NCBI GenBank assembly: GCA_951406725.2
Contig: OX597839.1
Span: 9,176,001 to 9,240,000, forward strand
Source: Octopus vulgaris
Taxonomy: Eukaryota
Direction: 5' to 3'
Length of the DNA: 64,000 bases
The position numbers and the translations under genes were made by a program. Below are positions 26,050-39,865 of the stretch, one piece after another (position 1 is the first letter of the stretch; every line of letters begins with the position of its first letter). A model generated the notes under the pieces. That model made no database searches, was not told the origin of the DNA, and worked only from the letters and a program-made list of their open reading frames with translations.

Positions 26050-26455
26050 ATAGGTGCAGGAGTAGCCGTGTGGTAAGTAGCTTGTTTACCAACCACATGG
26101 TTCCGGGTTCAGTCCCACTGCGTGGCACCTTGGGCAAGTGTCTTCTGCTATAGCCTCAGGACGACCAATGCCTTGTGAGTGGATTTGGTAGACGGAAACT
26201 GAAAGAAGCCCGTCGTATATATGTATGTATATGTATGTGTGTTTGTGTGTCTGTGTTTGTCCCCCTAGCATTGCTTGACAACCGATGCTGGTGTGTTTAT
26301 GTCCCCGTCACTTAGCGGTTCGGCAAAATAGACTAATAGAATAAGTACTGGGCTTACAAAGAATAAGTCCCGGGGTTGATTTGCTCGACTAAAGGCGGTG
26401 CTCCAGCATGGCTGCAGTCAAATGACTGAAACAAGTAAAAGAGTAAAAGAGTAAA
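26050..26455 (+). mobile_element. SINE family A (full length)
   Basis: As 23321-23750. Confidence 0.9.
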
Positions 26456-27236
26456 CCACATATAATGTGTATTATATGAATACAGTGCATAATTCCAACA
26501 GAACAGATGAGCAGGATATGAAAGAACTCATAAAATTGAACACAAAACTTAGGTCATAAGCTAATACTAATAGAAGCAGGAACATTAAAAGCCTTATCAG
26601 TAACAAACTACAAACCTGTAAGCTGGTAAGCTAGCCACCAATGACGAGTATAATTTATACATTGCATATATAAAAGTTCTGAAGTTAACAATTCAAATAG
26701 TTATACTGCCCATACCAAAAGCAACACTTTCCCAAAAACTCTCCCATGTACTTACAGGAAGATGTAATTGCAAAAAAAAAAAAAAAAAAAAAAAAGGGAA
26801 AGAAAGAAAAGAAATGCACTATAAGATACACCACAAAACCAATGTTGATGGGAAAACATCAGCAAAAAACACATTTTTCTTATACAGAATTTCCTACAAA
26901 AATAGGTTAATGATAGAAGCAATACTCGTAGTACAGCACAATACTGAAATACATACTCAGACAGCCTGTATACTGGTCATAAACAAAACATATTCACTAA
27001 CGGTTGATATATCAAGCATTCATATTTAGGCAGCAATGTTCTCACGAATCCCATTGCCCCTGTCTACAATAACGTGGTTTGACACACACCACTACCACTC
27101 TCTTCACCCTGAAGTTGAGCGTGAAGGTCTCAAAATTAGAACTTTGCTGAATTAGGGGACTTTACTGATGGGGGGAAAAAAAAGCTGACACAAAAATTTG
27201 AAAATAAACCTTAATAAAGATAAAACTACAAAACAG

Positions 27237-27785
27237 GTGTCTGTGTGTGTGTGCGTGCGCATGTGTGTGTGTGCGTGCGCATGTGTGTGTGTGTGTGTTT
27301 GAGTGTGTGCACGTGCCTGTGCATGCATGTGTGTGTGTGTCTGAGTGTGTGCACATGCCTGTGCATGCATGTGTGTGTGTTTGAGTGCGTGTGCATGCCT
27401 GTGCATGCATGTGTGTGTGTTTGAGTGTGTGCACGTGCCTGTGCATGCATGTGTGTGTGTTTGAGTGTGTGTGCATGCATGTACATGCATGTGTGTGTGT
27501 TTGAGTGTGTGTGCATGCATGTGTGTGCTTGAGTGTGTGTGTGCATGCCTGTGCATGCATGTGTGTGTGTTTGTTTGAGTGTGTGTGCATACCTGTGCAT
27601 GCATGTGTGTGTGCTTGAGTGTGTGTGTGTGCCTGTGCATGTATGTGTGTGTTTGAGGGTGTGTGCACGTGCCTATGCATGCATGTGTGTGTGTTTGAGT
27701 GTGTGTGCGTGCCTGTGCATACATGTGTGTGTGTTTGAGTGTGTGTGTGTGTGTGCCTGTGCATGCATGTGTGTGTGTGTGGGTG
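27237..27785. repeat. TG/CA-derived complex minisatellite (~40-bp unit)
   Basis: Recurring GTGCCTGTGCATGCATGTGTGTGTGTTTGAGT. Confidence 0.9.
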
Positions 27786-28186
27786 TGCGTTGGCATGGGA
27801 TCAAAATATCGGTGTGTTGAATTAGCTTCCGGCATTGTTCTACTCCAGCTGTCTTTCAACATACAGGACAACTTTGCACATGTCCCCTTAGTAATAAATA
27901 ATCAGCAGACAAAATGCAGGGGTCAACAACAGCTCGTGATGACACTGCCCTAGCATAGCTACAGTCAATAACTAATACAAGAAAAAAAAAAAAAAAAAAC
28001 TAAAAAGAATATTTAATTATTGAGTAGACAAAACAGTGAGAATTAAAACAATGAAGTGCATATTTATTTCTAAAACACTGGGTTCAGGTGCAGCTGTGAG
28101 ATGAGAAGTTTGCTTTCCGACTACAAGCTTGGGCACTGCCTTGGAGAATTTTTAGTTGAATGTATCAACCCTGGTACTTTCTGTTT

Positions 28187-28415
28187 TTAACCCTTTAGCA
28201 TTTAAACCGGCCATATCCAGCCAAAAGTATTCTGCCTGTTTTATGTTCAAACTGGCTAGATCTGGTCTCTCACACCAACCCTACAATATCGTTTTAAAAT
28301 TTAACAGCAACCTCATCAAAATCTCATAGCTACAAGATAAGGCATGATTAGTTCAAAACAATGTGGACAAAAAAGGATTAATTTTGGCAGAATAATGCGA
28401 ACACTAAAGGGTTAA
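28187..28415 (+). mobile_element. piggyBac-like MITE (subfamily 2) inserted at TTAA within a family A SINE
   Basis: TTAA-CCCTTTAG...CTAAAGGG-TTAA; SINE A sequence continues on both sides. Confidence 0.9.
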
Positions 28416-29793
28416 AGCTTGGTATTTATTCTATCAGTCTCTTTTACCAAACCACTAAGTTTCGGGGACATAAACACACCAGTACCGGTTGTCAAACAGT
28501 GTATGTGTGTGGGAGAACAAACACAGACATAAACACACACACACACACACACACACAGTGCAAAGGGTAAATTGTCATAGTGTTGAACTTCTAGATATAT
28601 ATATCTATATCTATCTATCTATCTATCTATATATAGGTTGAATAATTTCAGTTTTGCCACTTATTGGTTTCAACAGACAGCATGATGACACCAACATTTT
28701 GCTTTAGTGTCTTAGTTTTGGCATAAAAATGTATTTGAACACAGAAAATAAAGCTGGAAGAAATACCTCTGAGCATTTTGTCCAATGCACTAATCAATTG
28801 TACTGAGAGCGTTTTTCTCATGGCACCAGCATAGTGAGGTTGCCATGTCACTTGCAAGATAAAGAACTTTGAAGTTACTATCAACCTTTACCTCATAAAA
28901 GTGTATTTGTTATTCATTAAATATAACAAATGATCCTTCAGTTAACTGTTTTTATGTATAATATGCAAAAAAAAAATCACACATGTTTGTGTGTATGTGC
29001 ATGGTATGATTTTCAACAAGTTAAGAAAGTAAAGATATTATTATAATAAAAACCATGAAAAGCCTTGTGAAATATAGCTACCCAGGGTTTCCTGGCCAAA
29101 TTATCAATTTATTTCACTATTTATCAAGCTGGTAAAGGCAAGACAGTTTAATAACTTAAGAACCTACAGTGTTGGATTGTTACTTTATTAGCCACCGAAG
29201 AATAAATGGCTGAGGTGACCTTGGTGGTCATCTGGTTATTGCCTTTAATATGAAATTAACTTTTATGTAAATATGTGTGTATAAGAAAACACCATCCGAG
29301 CGTGGCCGTCTGCCAGCCTTGTCTGGCACCTGTGTCGGTGGCACATAAAACACCATCCGAGCGTGGCCGTCTGCCAGCCTCGTCTGGCACCTGTGTCGGT
29401 GGCACATAAAATCACCCACTACACTCTCGGAGTGGTTGGCGTTAGGAAGGGCATCCAGCTGTAGAAACACTGCCAGATCTGACTGGCCTGGTGCAGCCTT
29501 CGGGCTTGCCAGACCCCAGTTGAACCGTCCAACCCATGCTAGCATGGAAAGCGGACGTTAAACGATGATGATAATGATGATGATGATATATATATAACGG
29601 GAAGGTTTACGAAAATAAGAGAGAGAGAGAGTGGTTGTATACTGTCAACTTAACTTGACAGTCCCGTAAGGGAAATACACCACCGCTATTTAGCCCTAGG
29701 AAGCATCAACACTTCCTGTCGGCCTTGACACATTTCCTGTGTCCTTATATATTTATGAAGGGGAGACAAACATCCCCAACGGCTAGGCCTGCA

Positions 29794-29839
29794 TCTAGAG
29801 ACATGCATGTTTCAGAGTCTTGCCCATCATCAGTCTAGA
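29794..29839 (-). ncRNA. Type I hammerhead ribozyme motif with intact core and palindromic helix III
   Basis: Minus: TCTAGA-CTGATGA-tGGG caaga CTCt-GAAA-CATGCATG-TC-TCTAGA; GUC cleavage triplet; helix II is weak. Confidence 0.8.
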
Positions 29840-29896
29840 GTAGCAAGGCCTGCTAGCTGAAGATATTTGTCTAGACTTCGTAAATATATATATATA

Positions 29897-30279
29897 CTAG
29901 CAGTATCGCCCGGCGTTGCTCAGGTTTGTAAGGGAAATAACTATAAACCATTTTTAGAGAGTTATAGCCAAAAAATAGCAAAAAAATGGGGAAAAAATGA
30001 TGGTAAATTTTTTTGAGAGTTAAAAAAGGTGGAGTTGCGTCCCCTAGACGGTCTGTGGTTTGGGTTTCTGATTCTCGACCCCATGTCGAATTTATCGATT
30101 TTTTCAGAACTGGGGGAACTTTTCAAAATTTTCGCTGCGTTAGTTTTGAATTATGACATTGGGCTATGTGTGTGTCAAGTTTCATCAGAATCGGTTGAAA
30201 GCCGTGGTCAGAGTGAGGGTACGAGAAAACAGACACACAGAAACACGCACAGACAAACTGCCGTTTATATAGAGAGAGA
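29897..30279 (-). mobile_element. Non-autonomous Helitron
   Basis: Minus strand begins TCTCTCTCTATATAAACGGCA and ends with hairpin-like CCTGAGCAACGCCGGG then CTAG; inserted between A and T. Confidence 0.85.
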
Positions 30280-31044
30280 TATATATATATTTTTTCAGTG
30301 AAGTTTATTCAGAAATATTAAATTTCTAAATATCTATGAGATGTTTAGAAATTTAATATTTCTGATATATATATATATACTTAAATATACACAATTTGGT
30401 AGACAAAACTGAAAGAAGCCCATCATATAAATATACCAATGTGTACGTGTCTTTGTGTCTGTGTTTTTTCCCGCATCAGTGTTGGTGTGTTTATGTCCCC
30501 ATAACTTAGCAGTTTAGCAAAAGACAGAATAAGTACCAGCCTTTAAAAAATAGGTCCTGGGGTCAATACATTCGACTAAAAGTTCTTCAAGACAGTACCC
30601 CAGTCTAATGGCTGAAACAAATAAAGGATAAAAGATGTGATTGTTCATTTTTAGACTGACATTGTAGGGTAGGTATTAAAGGCCAGATCTGGTTGGCTTG
30701 AAAATATAACAAGGAACAATATGCTAAAGAGTTAATGATATCTTGATTTTTGTATTCTGGTTTTCTTTTTTGTTGTTTTTTTTTTTACGGGGCCAGCTTC
30801 GCCTGGCCCCCATGCCGGTGGCATGTAAAAGCACCATCCGTTCGTGGCCGTTTGCCGGCTCCGTCTGGCACCTGTGCGGGTGGCACGTAAAAAGCACCCA
30901 CTACACTCGCGGAGTGGTTGGCGTTAGGAAGGGCATCCAGCCGAAGAAACACTGCCAGATCAGACTGGGCCTGATGCAGCCTTCTGGCTTCACAGACCCC
31001 AGTTGAACCGTCCAACCCATGCTAGCATGGAAAGCGGACGCTAA

Positions 31045-31075
<31 letters not shown>

Positions 31076-31264
31076 CTGCAGTATGCAGCCCAACAGACCA
31101 GACGTCCTGCTAAGAAACTCACACATCTCAGTGACAGATTTAATGTGACTCTGTACAAAAGGGTTAAATTTAAAAGACAGTCCTTGAATAGAAAGAAACA
31201 AACGAATAAAACAAAGCTGTTTCATCAAAATACTTCTACCTCATAAAGTTTTCCTCTCACTGAC

Positions 31265-31815
31265 ATATATTTGCTATCTGTATTTCTAGCTATTTATCTT
31301 TCTAGCCATATACCTGGCTATTTATTTCTACCTGTATGTCTATCTTTTTATCCTCATGTCTGGTTATTTATCTATCTCTATGTGTAGCTATTTATCTTTA
31401 CCTGACTATCTAGCTGCTTCTCTCTCTCTCTTAAAGTCTGGCTTCTTATCAACATGTCTGTCTCGCTATTTATCTCTATCTATCCATCTAACTATTTTAC
31501 CTATCTGTATGCCAGCTATTTATCTCTTCTCTGCTTGTCTAGTTATATCTATCTATATATTTAGGTAGTTATCAATCTATTAGTATATTTATTAGCATAT
31601 CTATCTATCTTTTATGTACCTATTTATCTACCTGTCTGTCAGGCTATTTATTTATCTTGTATTTCTAGGTATTTCTCTTCTATGTATATATGTCACTATT
31701 TATCTACCAGTCTGCCTAACTATTTATCTGTAGTCAGGCCTATTTATCTGTCTATCTGTATATCTGTGTCCGTTCATATATCTGTCCAAATACCTATTTG
31801 TTTACCTATTTATTT
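31265..31815. repeat. Degenerate (TATC)n-derived tract
   Basis: Recurring CTATTTATCT motifs. Confidence 0.8.
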
Positions 31816-32319
31816 GCAGCATTTTAAAGAGCTAGTGGTGGTAAGAGAGTGAGGAGTGGGGCAGGAGTGCAAAAGCAACAAATTCATAATACGAAAAATA
31901 AAGGAAAAAAAGAAAAGGTGAGATAGTCACACACAGACACTAGAACAACTAACGAAGACAATAGTCAGAGGAAGAAAATTAAAAGAGAAAAGACAATTCC
32001 AGCCAATTTTAGTCTGTTATTCTTGTCTAAAATGCCAAAACTACTTTACAACCATTTGCCGACCATTGTAGTCTGGATGTAATCAGCCGAGATAAATTTA
32101 GACAGAAAGACCAGAGACAAAATAGACAACACCCAGAAGTGTCTAGAGATGGTTATATTGTTGTAGGATGTTATATTTAGACTTAAATCAGTTTATTATC
32201 AGACAAAAGGTGAAAGGTACTCCAGCCATGACCAACCCATCTTTTTTTCCATTTTTTAATTTTTTTTCAGGTATGATGGACACTCTTAATAAGCATCCTC
32301 TTGTTTGATCAATTGAATA

Positions 32320-32825
32320 AAGTCATCAAAAACGAAGTTCTACATCTACAACACATCAGTTCTCTCCATTTTCCTTTATGGAGCAGAAACATGGCCCCTT
32401 TCAAAGACCCTGGCAAGGAAGATTGATGACTTCAATAGCAGAGCCCTTAGAACCATCACAAAACATCAGATGGTACCATCATGTTTCCAACAAAGAACTG
32501 CATATGTGTGCACATCAGCCCACAGTTTCCCACCTCATAGTTATCCACTATAGGTGCTGGTACAGACATGTCCTCTGTCTCTCATGAAATCACTCCACCA
32601 GAGCTTTACTCTCATTTGACACAGCAGCTCCAGGCTGGAAGAGGTACTTGTGGCAGGTCTCATGGCAGGCCACGTGGTATCAGATGGCTGGTCACGATTA
32701 AAGAAGATCTCCAGGGGCTTGACATCACCTTGGAGGATGTAGAAGACCCAGCTGGCTCTACACATGATGACCCCTCTGGGACCACTAACTTCGAATGAAC
32801 TCAGCTGAATCAAGCAAGAGTATGA
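32320..32825 (+). mobile_element. RTE-clade LINE 3' fragment
   Basis: IYNTSVLSIFLYGAETWPLSKTLARKIDDFNSRALRTI..IRWYHHVSNKEL..WYRHVL..GRPRGIRWL; LYG.ETW and W.GHV-like motifs. Confidence 0.85.
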
Positions 32826-33168
32826 AACCATCCAGAAGCCAAGCCATCATTGAATTAGTATATGAAGGTTCCTGAATATTTCACAGACACATGTAGCCTT
32901 TAAGATAACAATCAATTAGAACTATCTTTCTGCAAAATCAACATAACAGTGGACCCTTTAAATAACAGGTGTACATTTCTATGTAGTTTCCATCTAGTTA
33001 GGCTTGGGTCGACCTGAAACTATGATAAACGCATTTTCCCATGATGCCATGCAGTGGGATTGAACTTGGGACCAGATGGCTGGAAAGTGAATTTCTCAAT
33101 AGTGCAACCAATGAGGTGATTTTAAGTTAATCAGCTACTATTTCTACCAGGTCAATAGATAGTTATAT

Positions 33169-33620
33169 TTAACCCTTTAGCATTCAGATTATTCTGTCAA
33201 ATGTAATGCTTATTTATTCACATTGTTTTGAATTAATCATGCTTTATCTTTTTGTGTTGAGATTTTGATGATGTGCTTGTTTGTTTTTTAGAATGACATT
33301 GTAGAGAAGGTGTGAGAAACCAGATCTGGTCAGCTTAACCCTTTAGTATTTAAACCGGCCATATCCGGCCAAAATAGTTAATCTGTTTTATGTTCAAACT
33401 GACCAGATCCAGGCTCTCACACCTACCCTACAATGTTAATCTACATTAGGTATTTACACCATCAAGATCTTGAAGATATGAGATAATGCATGATTAATTC
33501 AAATCAATGGGAATCAATAAGCATTATGTTTGATAGAATAATCTGAACACTAAAGGGTTAAATATAAAACAGGTAGAATATTTTGGCCAGATATGACCGG
33601 TTTAAATACTAAAAGGTTAC
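33169..33620. mobile_element. Nested piggyBac-like MITEs (subfamily 2 inside subfamily 2, opposite orientation)
   Basis: Outer element starts at TTAA 33169; inner TTAACCCTTTAG...CTAAAGGGTTAA at 33335-33561; outer resumes and ends at about 33620. Confidence 0.85.
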
Positions 33621-34546
33621 GCTAAAGCAAGATACTGAGATCTAAGAAAAGCCATGAGATAATGTAGGTCTCCATGCTCCAAGAAGACATGAGGTGAAAC
33701 AATGAAAGGAAACACGAGGAATTCTGAAGAATTTTGATAATATTTGGGAGGGAAAAAAAGGTTTGTATGGGGGAGAAGTGAGTCATCTTTTGTTTCTGAC
33801 AATGCTGGAAGAAGACCGCAAATGAAAATGAGAAAAAGGCAGTGAGTGAATAGGAATAAAGATAGGGGTTTGTTGTTGATGATCTTGCTGTTGTTATTCA
33901 GCCTTATTTTAATCCTGATTCCAGCTATGACAATCCCAATTTTCTTTTAAGTTTAGTTTACCGAGGCCTACATTATGCAATGTTTCCACTAATTCTTTTA
34001 AGACAGAAAGGGAGTAATCTGAGGCAGGTTTAGCTGCTACTTCTAGCAGGATAAGCAACCACATAAAGGTGTAAAGGTACAGCTTGGTGCTAGTGACATC
34101 ACAACTCATTTCTACAGCTGAGTGAACTGGAGCAATGTGAAATAAAGTGTCTTGCTGAAGAACACAAAACACAGCCCTGTCCAGGAATTGAACTTACTAC
34201 CTCATGATTGCGAGCCCAATGCTCTAATCACTGAGCCATGTGCCCTCACACATAGACTACATAGAATAAATAAGCATACCCAAATACACATCCAAGCCAC
34301 ACTGGTATTCTCTCTAGAGAACAATAATTCTTGGAATCTATAAGATGCCAACATGCCAGAATTATAAATATCACTGAATATTTAGTCTATGAAAGGGAAG
34401 TAGAGTCTTAATGTCTTAGCCTACCAATGGAGAGTTACTCAAACTGACTACTACATGCAATGAGTGAAGGTGCATAACTGAACAAGTACTTTTACTATCT
34501 TGTGATACTAAGTTGAAATTTTTATATCAAGTACTAATGAGGTGTT

Positions 34547-34584
<38 letters not shown>

Positions 34585-35795
34585 AATTATATGACACACC
34601 AGCTCTTTCAGTTTACATCACAGAGAAAACAACAAATCACTCAAAATACCAACCAACAAACATCACATGATCCATCTTGGATAATGTCAGCCCATGCCAG
34701 GGGTGATAAAATACAGTACCAGTCACATACTGAGGTTGATTTAATAAGCTGAGACTAGTATATATCCCAAATGAATTTCTTAGTTCTGCTTGTGCTTTAG
34801 GGGAAGACAGGAGTGTAAACTTCAACTGTTACAATATTCCTGTTAGGAGCAATGATACCTTCACCACCCTACCAGTTATTAGCTTTGAAAGGCATTATAA
34901 TGGGACAATGCCACAAATTCTACAATTAATGGAATACATGACATGTCTATAATCATCACCAATGGAGTTGACAGAAGGCATTACAAAGCATGTTCAATTA
35001 TTGCAACATATGCTTCACCGAGAAATATCATATCATCAATCATCCCAAATCAATAATGAACAAAAAAAAAGGGAAAAGGAAACAAAATAAAAATAGAACT
35101 GATTAAACAAGTGAGTGAATGAGTTAGTGAAATGAGTAACAGAATGAACAAGTGAAATATTAAGTGAGAATGAAATAAAGGAGGAGAAAATAAATGAGTG
35201 GAAGAGAGGGTGAGTGAATGATGAAACAAGTGGAAGGGTGAGTGAATAAGAGAACAACAAGTGAGCCAAATTAATGAGAAATTTGAGTGAGGTAAGGTGT
35301 GTTTGTGTGTGTGTGTGTGAGTGGAGTGATATTCCTTTCTGTGAGTATGAAAGGATTTCACCAAATTGAAATAAGTAATGAATGACAGAATAGAAGAATA
35401 AAAAAAGGATACTCTAGAACAAGAGAATAAATGGGTTGTTGGTGGAATGGGAAGTCTGAAGAGGTGGAATATAACAGGAAAAAGGAACACATTCCCCCCC
35501 CCCCACCACCACCACCTGCTACAACCAATAAATATTTAATCACTTTTGTAAAAGGGAAGTGGGGTAATAATCCTATTGTAGGTGTTATTCTTATATAGTG
35601 AATGTAGGTTCCGTATATGCGTGCAAAGATGTCGTATTAACACGTTTTGTGCAAAAGGCAAGGGGTGGGGGAAGTGTCAGATGTAATTGTGAACAATAAA
35701 GATGATAATTTGGAGGGAAAAATATATATACTGGTATGCAAATGGGTTTTATGTAGCAGACAAATATAATTAAGAAATAAATTACAAAATAATAT

Positions 35796-35837
<42 letters not shown>

Positions 35838-36177
35838 AATGGTTCCAAATTTTGGCACAAAGCCAGCAATTTCAAGGGAAGGGGATAAATCAATTACATC
35901 AACTTAGCATTCAACTGGTACTTGTTTTATTGACCCCCACAATGATGAAGGACAAAGTCAATTTGAACTCAGACCATAAGGATGGACAAAAAATGGGGGA
36001 GCATCAGAGCTATGAGTTGATAGGAATTTTTGGGGAGGTTTCAATAATTTACCTCTGGAAACAGGTGTTTCGTTCAACATCCTTAAACAACCCTTATTCA
36101 GGGACCTTCTGAGTGGAACAGGCTACTCGACCTCAATAAATTCTAACTGCACCCCACCGGCAAGGTCTTGCACTGTT

Positions 36178-36438
36178 TCCCGGTATCTATGGCATATGTG
36201 TTCCTCCCAGCTGGACGGGATGCCAGTCCATCGCAGTGTTACTCAAGAAACAGGAAGAAAGAGTGAGAGAAAGTTGGGGCAAAAGAGTACAACAGGGGTC
36301 GCCACCAGCCCCTGCCAGTGCCTCATGGAGCTTTTAGGTGTTTTCGCTCAATAAACACACACAATGCCCAGTCTGGGAATCGAAACCACGATCCTCTGAC
36401 CGTGAGTCTGCTGCCCTAACCACTGGACCATTGCGCCT
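36178..36438 (-). mobile_element. SINE family C with V-domain-like tail
   Basis: Family C head; tail CTGCGATGGACTGGCATCCCGTCCAG on minus. Confidence 0.8.
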
Positions 36439-36681
36439 TGGATCAAATAATACTAATAATAATTGGTTTCTGATTTAGGCACAAAGTCAACAATTTTTGA
36501 GGAAGAGTGTTAACCGATACCATCAACCCCGGTACTCCAATGGTATTGTATTTTATCTACTCCAAAAAGGATGAAAGGCAAAGTCAGCTTTCCGGGGCCA
36601 CAAAGAAGGGAAACAAATACTAAAGTATCTTTTTTTCTGACACCTTAACAATTTTGCCAGCTCATCACCCTGCTGAGCTGC

Positions 36682-36725
<44 letters not shown>

Positions 36726-36882
36726 ATGATGATGGTGATGATGATGTATGATGATGATGATATCCAATATACATTATGGCAAAGTATAGTAACTTAAATC
36801 AACCCCAGAAAGGATAGAATAGATGGATGGATGGATGGATATATATGTGGGTGAATGGATGAAGAAGGAAAAAGTGATAGAT

Positions 36883-36923
<41 letters not shown>

Positions 36924-38010
36924 TAGACAGACAGACAGACAGACAGCTGAGAAATCTAACAGTAAAAGACAGAACTTCCGTTGCTACCGAGGTGATAATG
37001 GTCACTAGTAGTAACACTAAAAATATAAATTATTTCCAAAAATATCACAACAGAAAAAGCTATAGCCACTACAGGTTACACAGTTCAGAGTTTCTTCAAG
37101 CTAGTATGTGTTTACTGGTGTTAGAGTTGGTGTTGTTGTTTAACACCGGGTGAAAACTGATTGAGCAGACATATGATCAAAAGTATTCTGTCTGATCTAG
37201 GGATATCAAGGCTACATTATCCAATGAGCCCCTTTATAGATAGAATGGTATAATTGAGCTGCTATTTTTAGCAGATTGAGCAATCACATAGTGCCTCCCT
37301 CGTTGGCTTGTATCGCTATCGTAGTTGTTATTTTATGTGGTGATGGCGCTGTTAATGATATTGGTGATGTTTTATTGATGGTGGGTGGTGATTTGTTGTT
37401 TAGCTCAAGTCAGGCTTGATTGACTAGAAAAGGCACTCAAACCATATGTGTGTCTGTGTGTGTATGTGTGTGTGTATGTGTGTGTGTATGTGTGTGTGTG
37501 TATGTGTGTGTGTGCGTGTGCGCGAGCCTGTATTACTACATTATCTGATGTATCTTTTCCTCTTTTTGAGATGGTAGGATAAATTTCAAGGAGATTTAGC
37601 TGCTATTTCTAACAGGTCGTTGTTACTACAATCGAGTGCCTGTATCTGTGTATTTGTGTGTTTAATTCAATCTCAGTTTTTACTTTCGCTTGTAGTGAAA
37701 GGAATAACTACAAACTATTGCTTTTATAAGCAAAAATGCTGCTATCCAAGCCAAGCCAAGCAGGTCAGGACTGGCAGAAATACCAATGCTGGTTGCTGCA
37801 GATACATTTTTTTGCTGATGTAGTTTTTTTTTTCGTTTTGCCTTTTGTTTTCTGCTTGGAAACTATGACTATTTGTCTAGATTCTAATGCATGATTTGTT
37901 AATTTATCAATCAAGCTTATGAGAAACACTACTGAAGAGACCTTTGATTTATTTCAACACTGCTTGTAAAACTTTTTTTTAATTGCATTTATGTTGTTTG
38001 TTGTTGCTTT

Positions 38011-38073
<63 letters not shown>

Positions 38074-38389
38074 CTTTGTCTTCTAATTGCATTCAAGCAA
38101 TAATTAGTGAGGTGGGGAGATCGGCAGTAACCAAGTGGTTAATATATAGGTTTTTCTTCTCAGTTGTATCAAGTTTACAATTTCCTATCTCCTTTCTTGC
38201 TGCTGTGTTTTCTTCTGGAAACAGGGAGAAAAGTGCAACAGGGATGGGAAAAATTTATAAGGCACATTATCCTAGCATCAACAACTGTTCTTGTTGTACA
38301 GCACCTAAGATGACCATGATCGAGCAGGTCTATGATCAAAAGTAGTGCAGCCATAATTCTTTCATGCTTTTAAGAGTAACTCAGCTTTA

Positions 38390-39354
38390 TTAACCCTTTC
38401 GTTACTGTATTTATTTTGAGATGTTGTGTTTCTTTCAATTACTTTAACCCTTTAGTGTTCAGATTACTCTGTTAAATGTAATATTTTTTTACTCAAATTG
38501 TTTTTAATTAATAATGCATTATCTTATAGCTTTTGAGGTTTCAGTGATGTGATTGTTTATTTTTAGAATGTCAATGTAGGTTAGGTGTGAGAAGCTAGAT
38601 ATCACCAGTTTGAATATAAAATATGTAGAATATTTGGGCCGGATATGGCCAGTTTAAACACTAAAGGGTTAAATATAACAAAGAATTTAGTAAAATAACT
38701 TAGTTATCATTCAGCTAGTGTTAGGAACATAAATTGTGACTAAGGTTTGGTGGAAGATTTTTAATTCAAAATTTATGAAAACAAGAGGCGCAGGAGTGGC
38801 TGTGTGGTAAGTAGCTTGTTTACCAACCACATGGTTCCGGGTTCTGTCCCACTGTGTGGCACCTTGGGCAAGTGTCTTCTACTATAGCCCTGGGCCAACC
38901 AAAGCCTTGTGAGTGGATTTGGTAGACAGAAACTGAAAGAAGCCTGTCGTATATATGTATATATATATGTATGTGTGTGTTTGTGTGTCTGTGTTAGTCC
39001 CCCTAGCATTGCTTGACAACTGATGCTGGTGTGTTTACGTCCCCGTAACTTAGCGGTTCGGCAAAAGAGACTAATAGAATAAGTACTGGGCTTACAAAGA
39101 ATAAGTCCCGGGGTCGATTTGCTCGACTAAAGGCGGTGCTCCAGCATGGCCACATGACTGAAACAAGTAAAAGAGAGTAAAAGAGAGTAAAGAGAATTAT
39201 TTAGTAAAATAACTTAGTTATCATTAAGCTGGTGTTAGGAACATTAACTGTGACTAAGGTTTGGTGGAAGATTACAATTCAAAACTTATGAAAACAAGAC
39301 ATTTGTACTCAGAGCCAGAGCCGGTTTCATCCGGGTTGGTCACAAAAGGGTTAA
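38390..39354. mobile_element. MITE subfamily 1 containing a nested subfamily 2 MITE (38444-38672) and a SINE A (38786-39195)
   Basis: TTAA-bounded termini at 38390/39354 and 38444/38672; SINE head and tail visible. Confidence 0.85.
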
Positions 39355-39865
39355 AACAGGACACAAACAATTTGTTGTGTTGCTTGTGGGTTCAAAACTC
39401 TCTTCACAGTTGAATAGGACAAAAAAGAAAAAGAACCCTAACCCTAACCCTTACATCCCTTTAGCATTTAAACAGGTCATATCCAACCCAAATATTCTAC
39501 CTGATTTATGTTCAAACTGTCAAGTATTTATCAACCCAGAAGGAAGATAGACATTTAGACCAGTTATATCCAACCCAGAATATTCTACCTGTTTTATGTT
39601 CAAACTGTCAATATCTGGCCTCTCACATCTACCCTACAATGTCATTCAAAAAACATACAATGACATCCTTGAAATCTCAGAGATAAGGCATGATTAATTC
39701 AAAACAGTGTAAATTAATAAGTATTAAATCTGACAGAATAATCTGAGTGCTAAAGTGTTGAACTCAGGACACAAAGTGCTAAAAATTGTAATTGCAATGC
39801 AGCTCCTATGAAGCACTGATGATTTGCTATTTCACTGCCTAGAAATCGCCTTCACATCAGACTTT

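Noticed and set aside
27152-27953. 200-239-aa HT/CV-repeat ORFs (also 10055-10435, 12481-13051, 60826-61349)
   Set aside because: Products of (CA/TG)n-derived repeats that lack stop codons.
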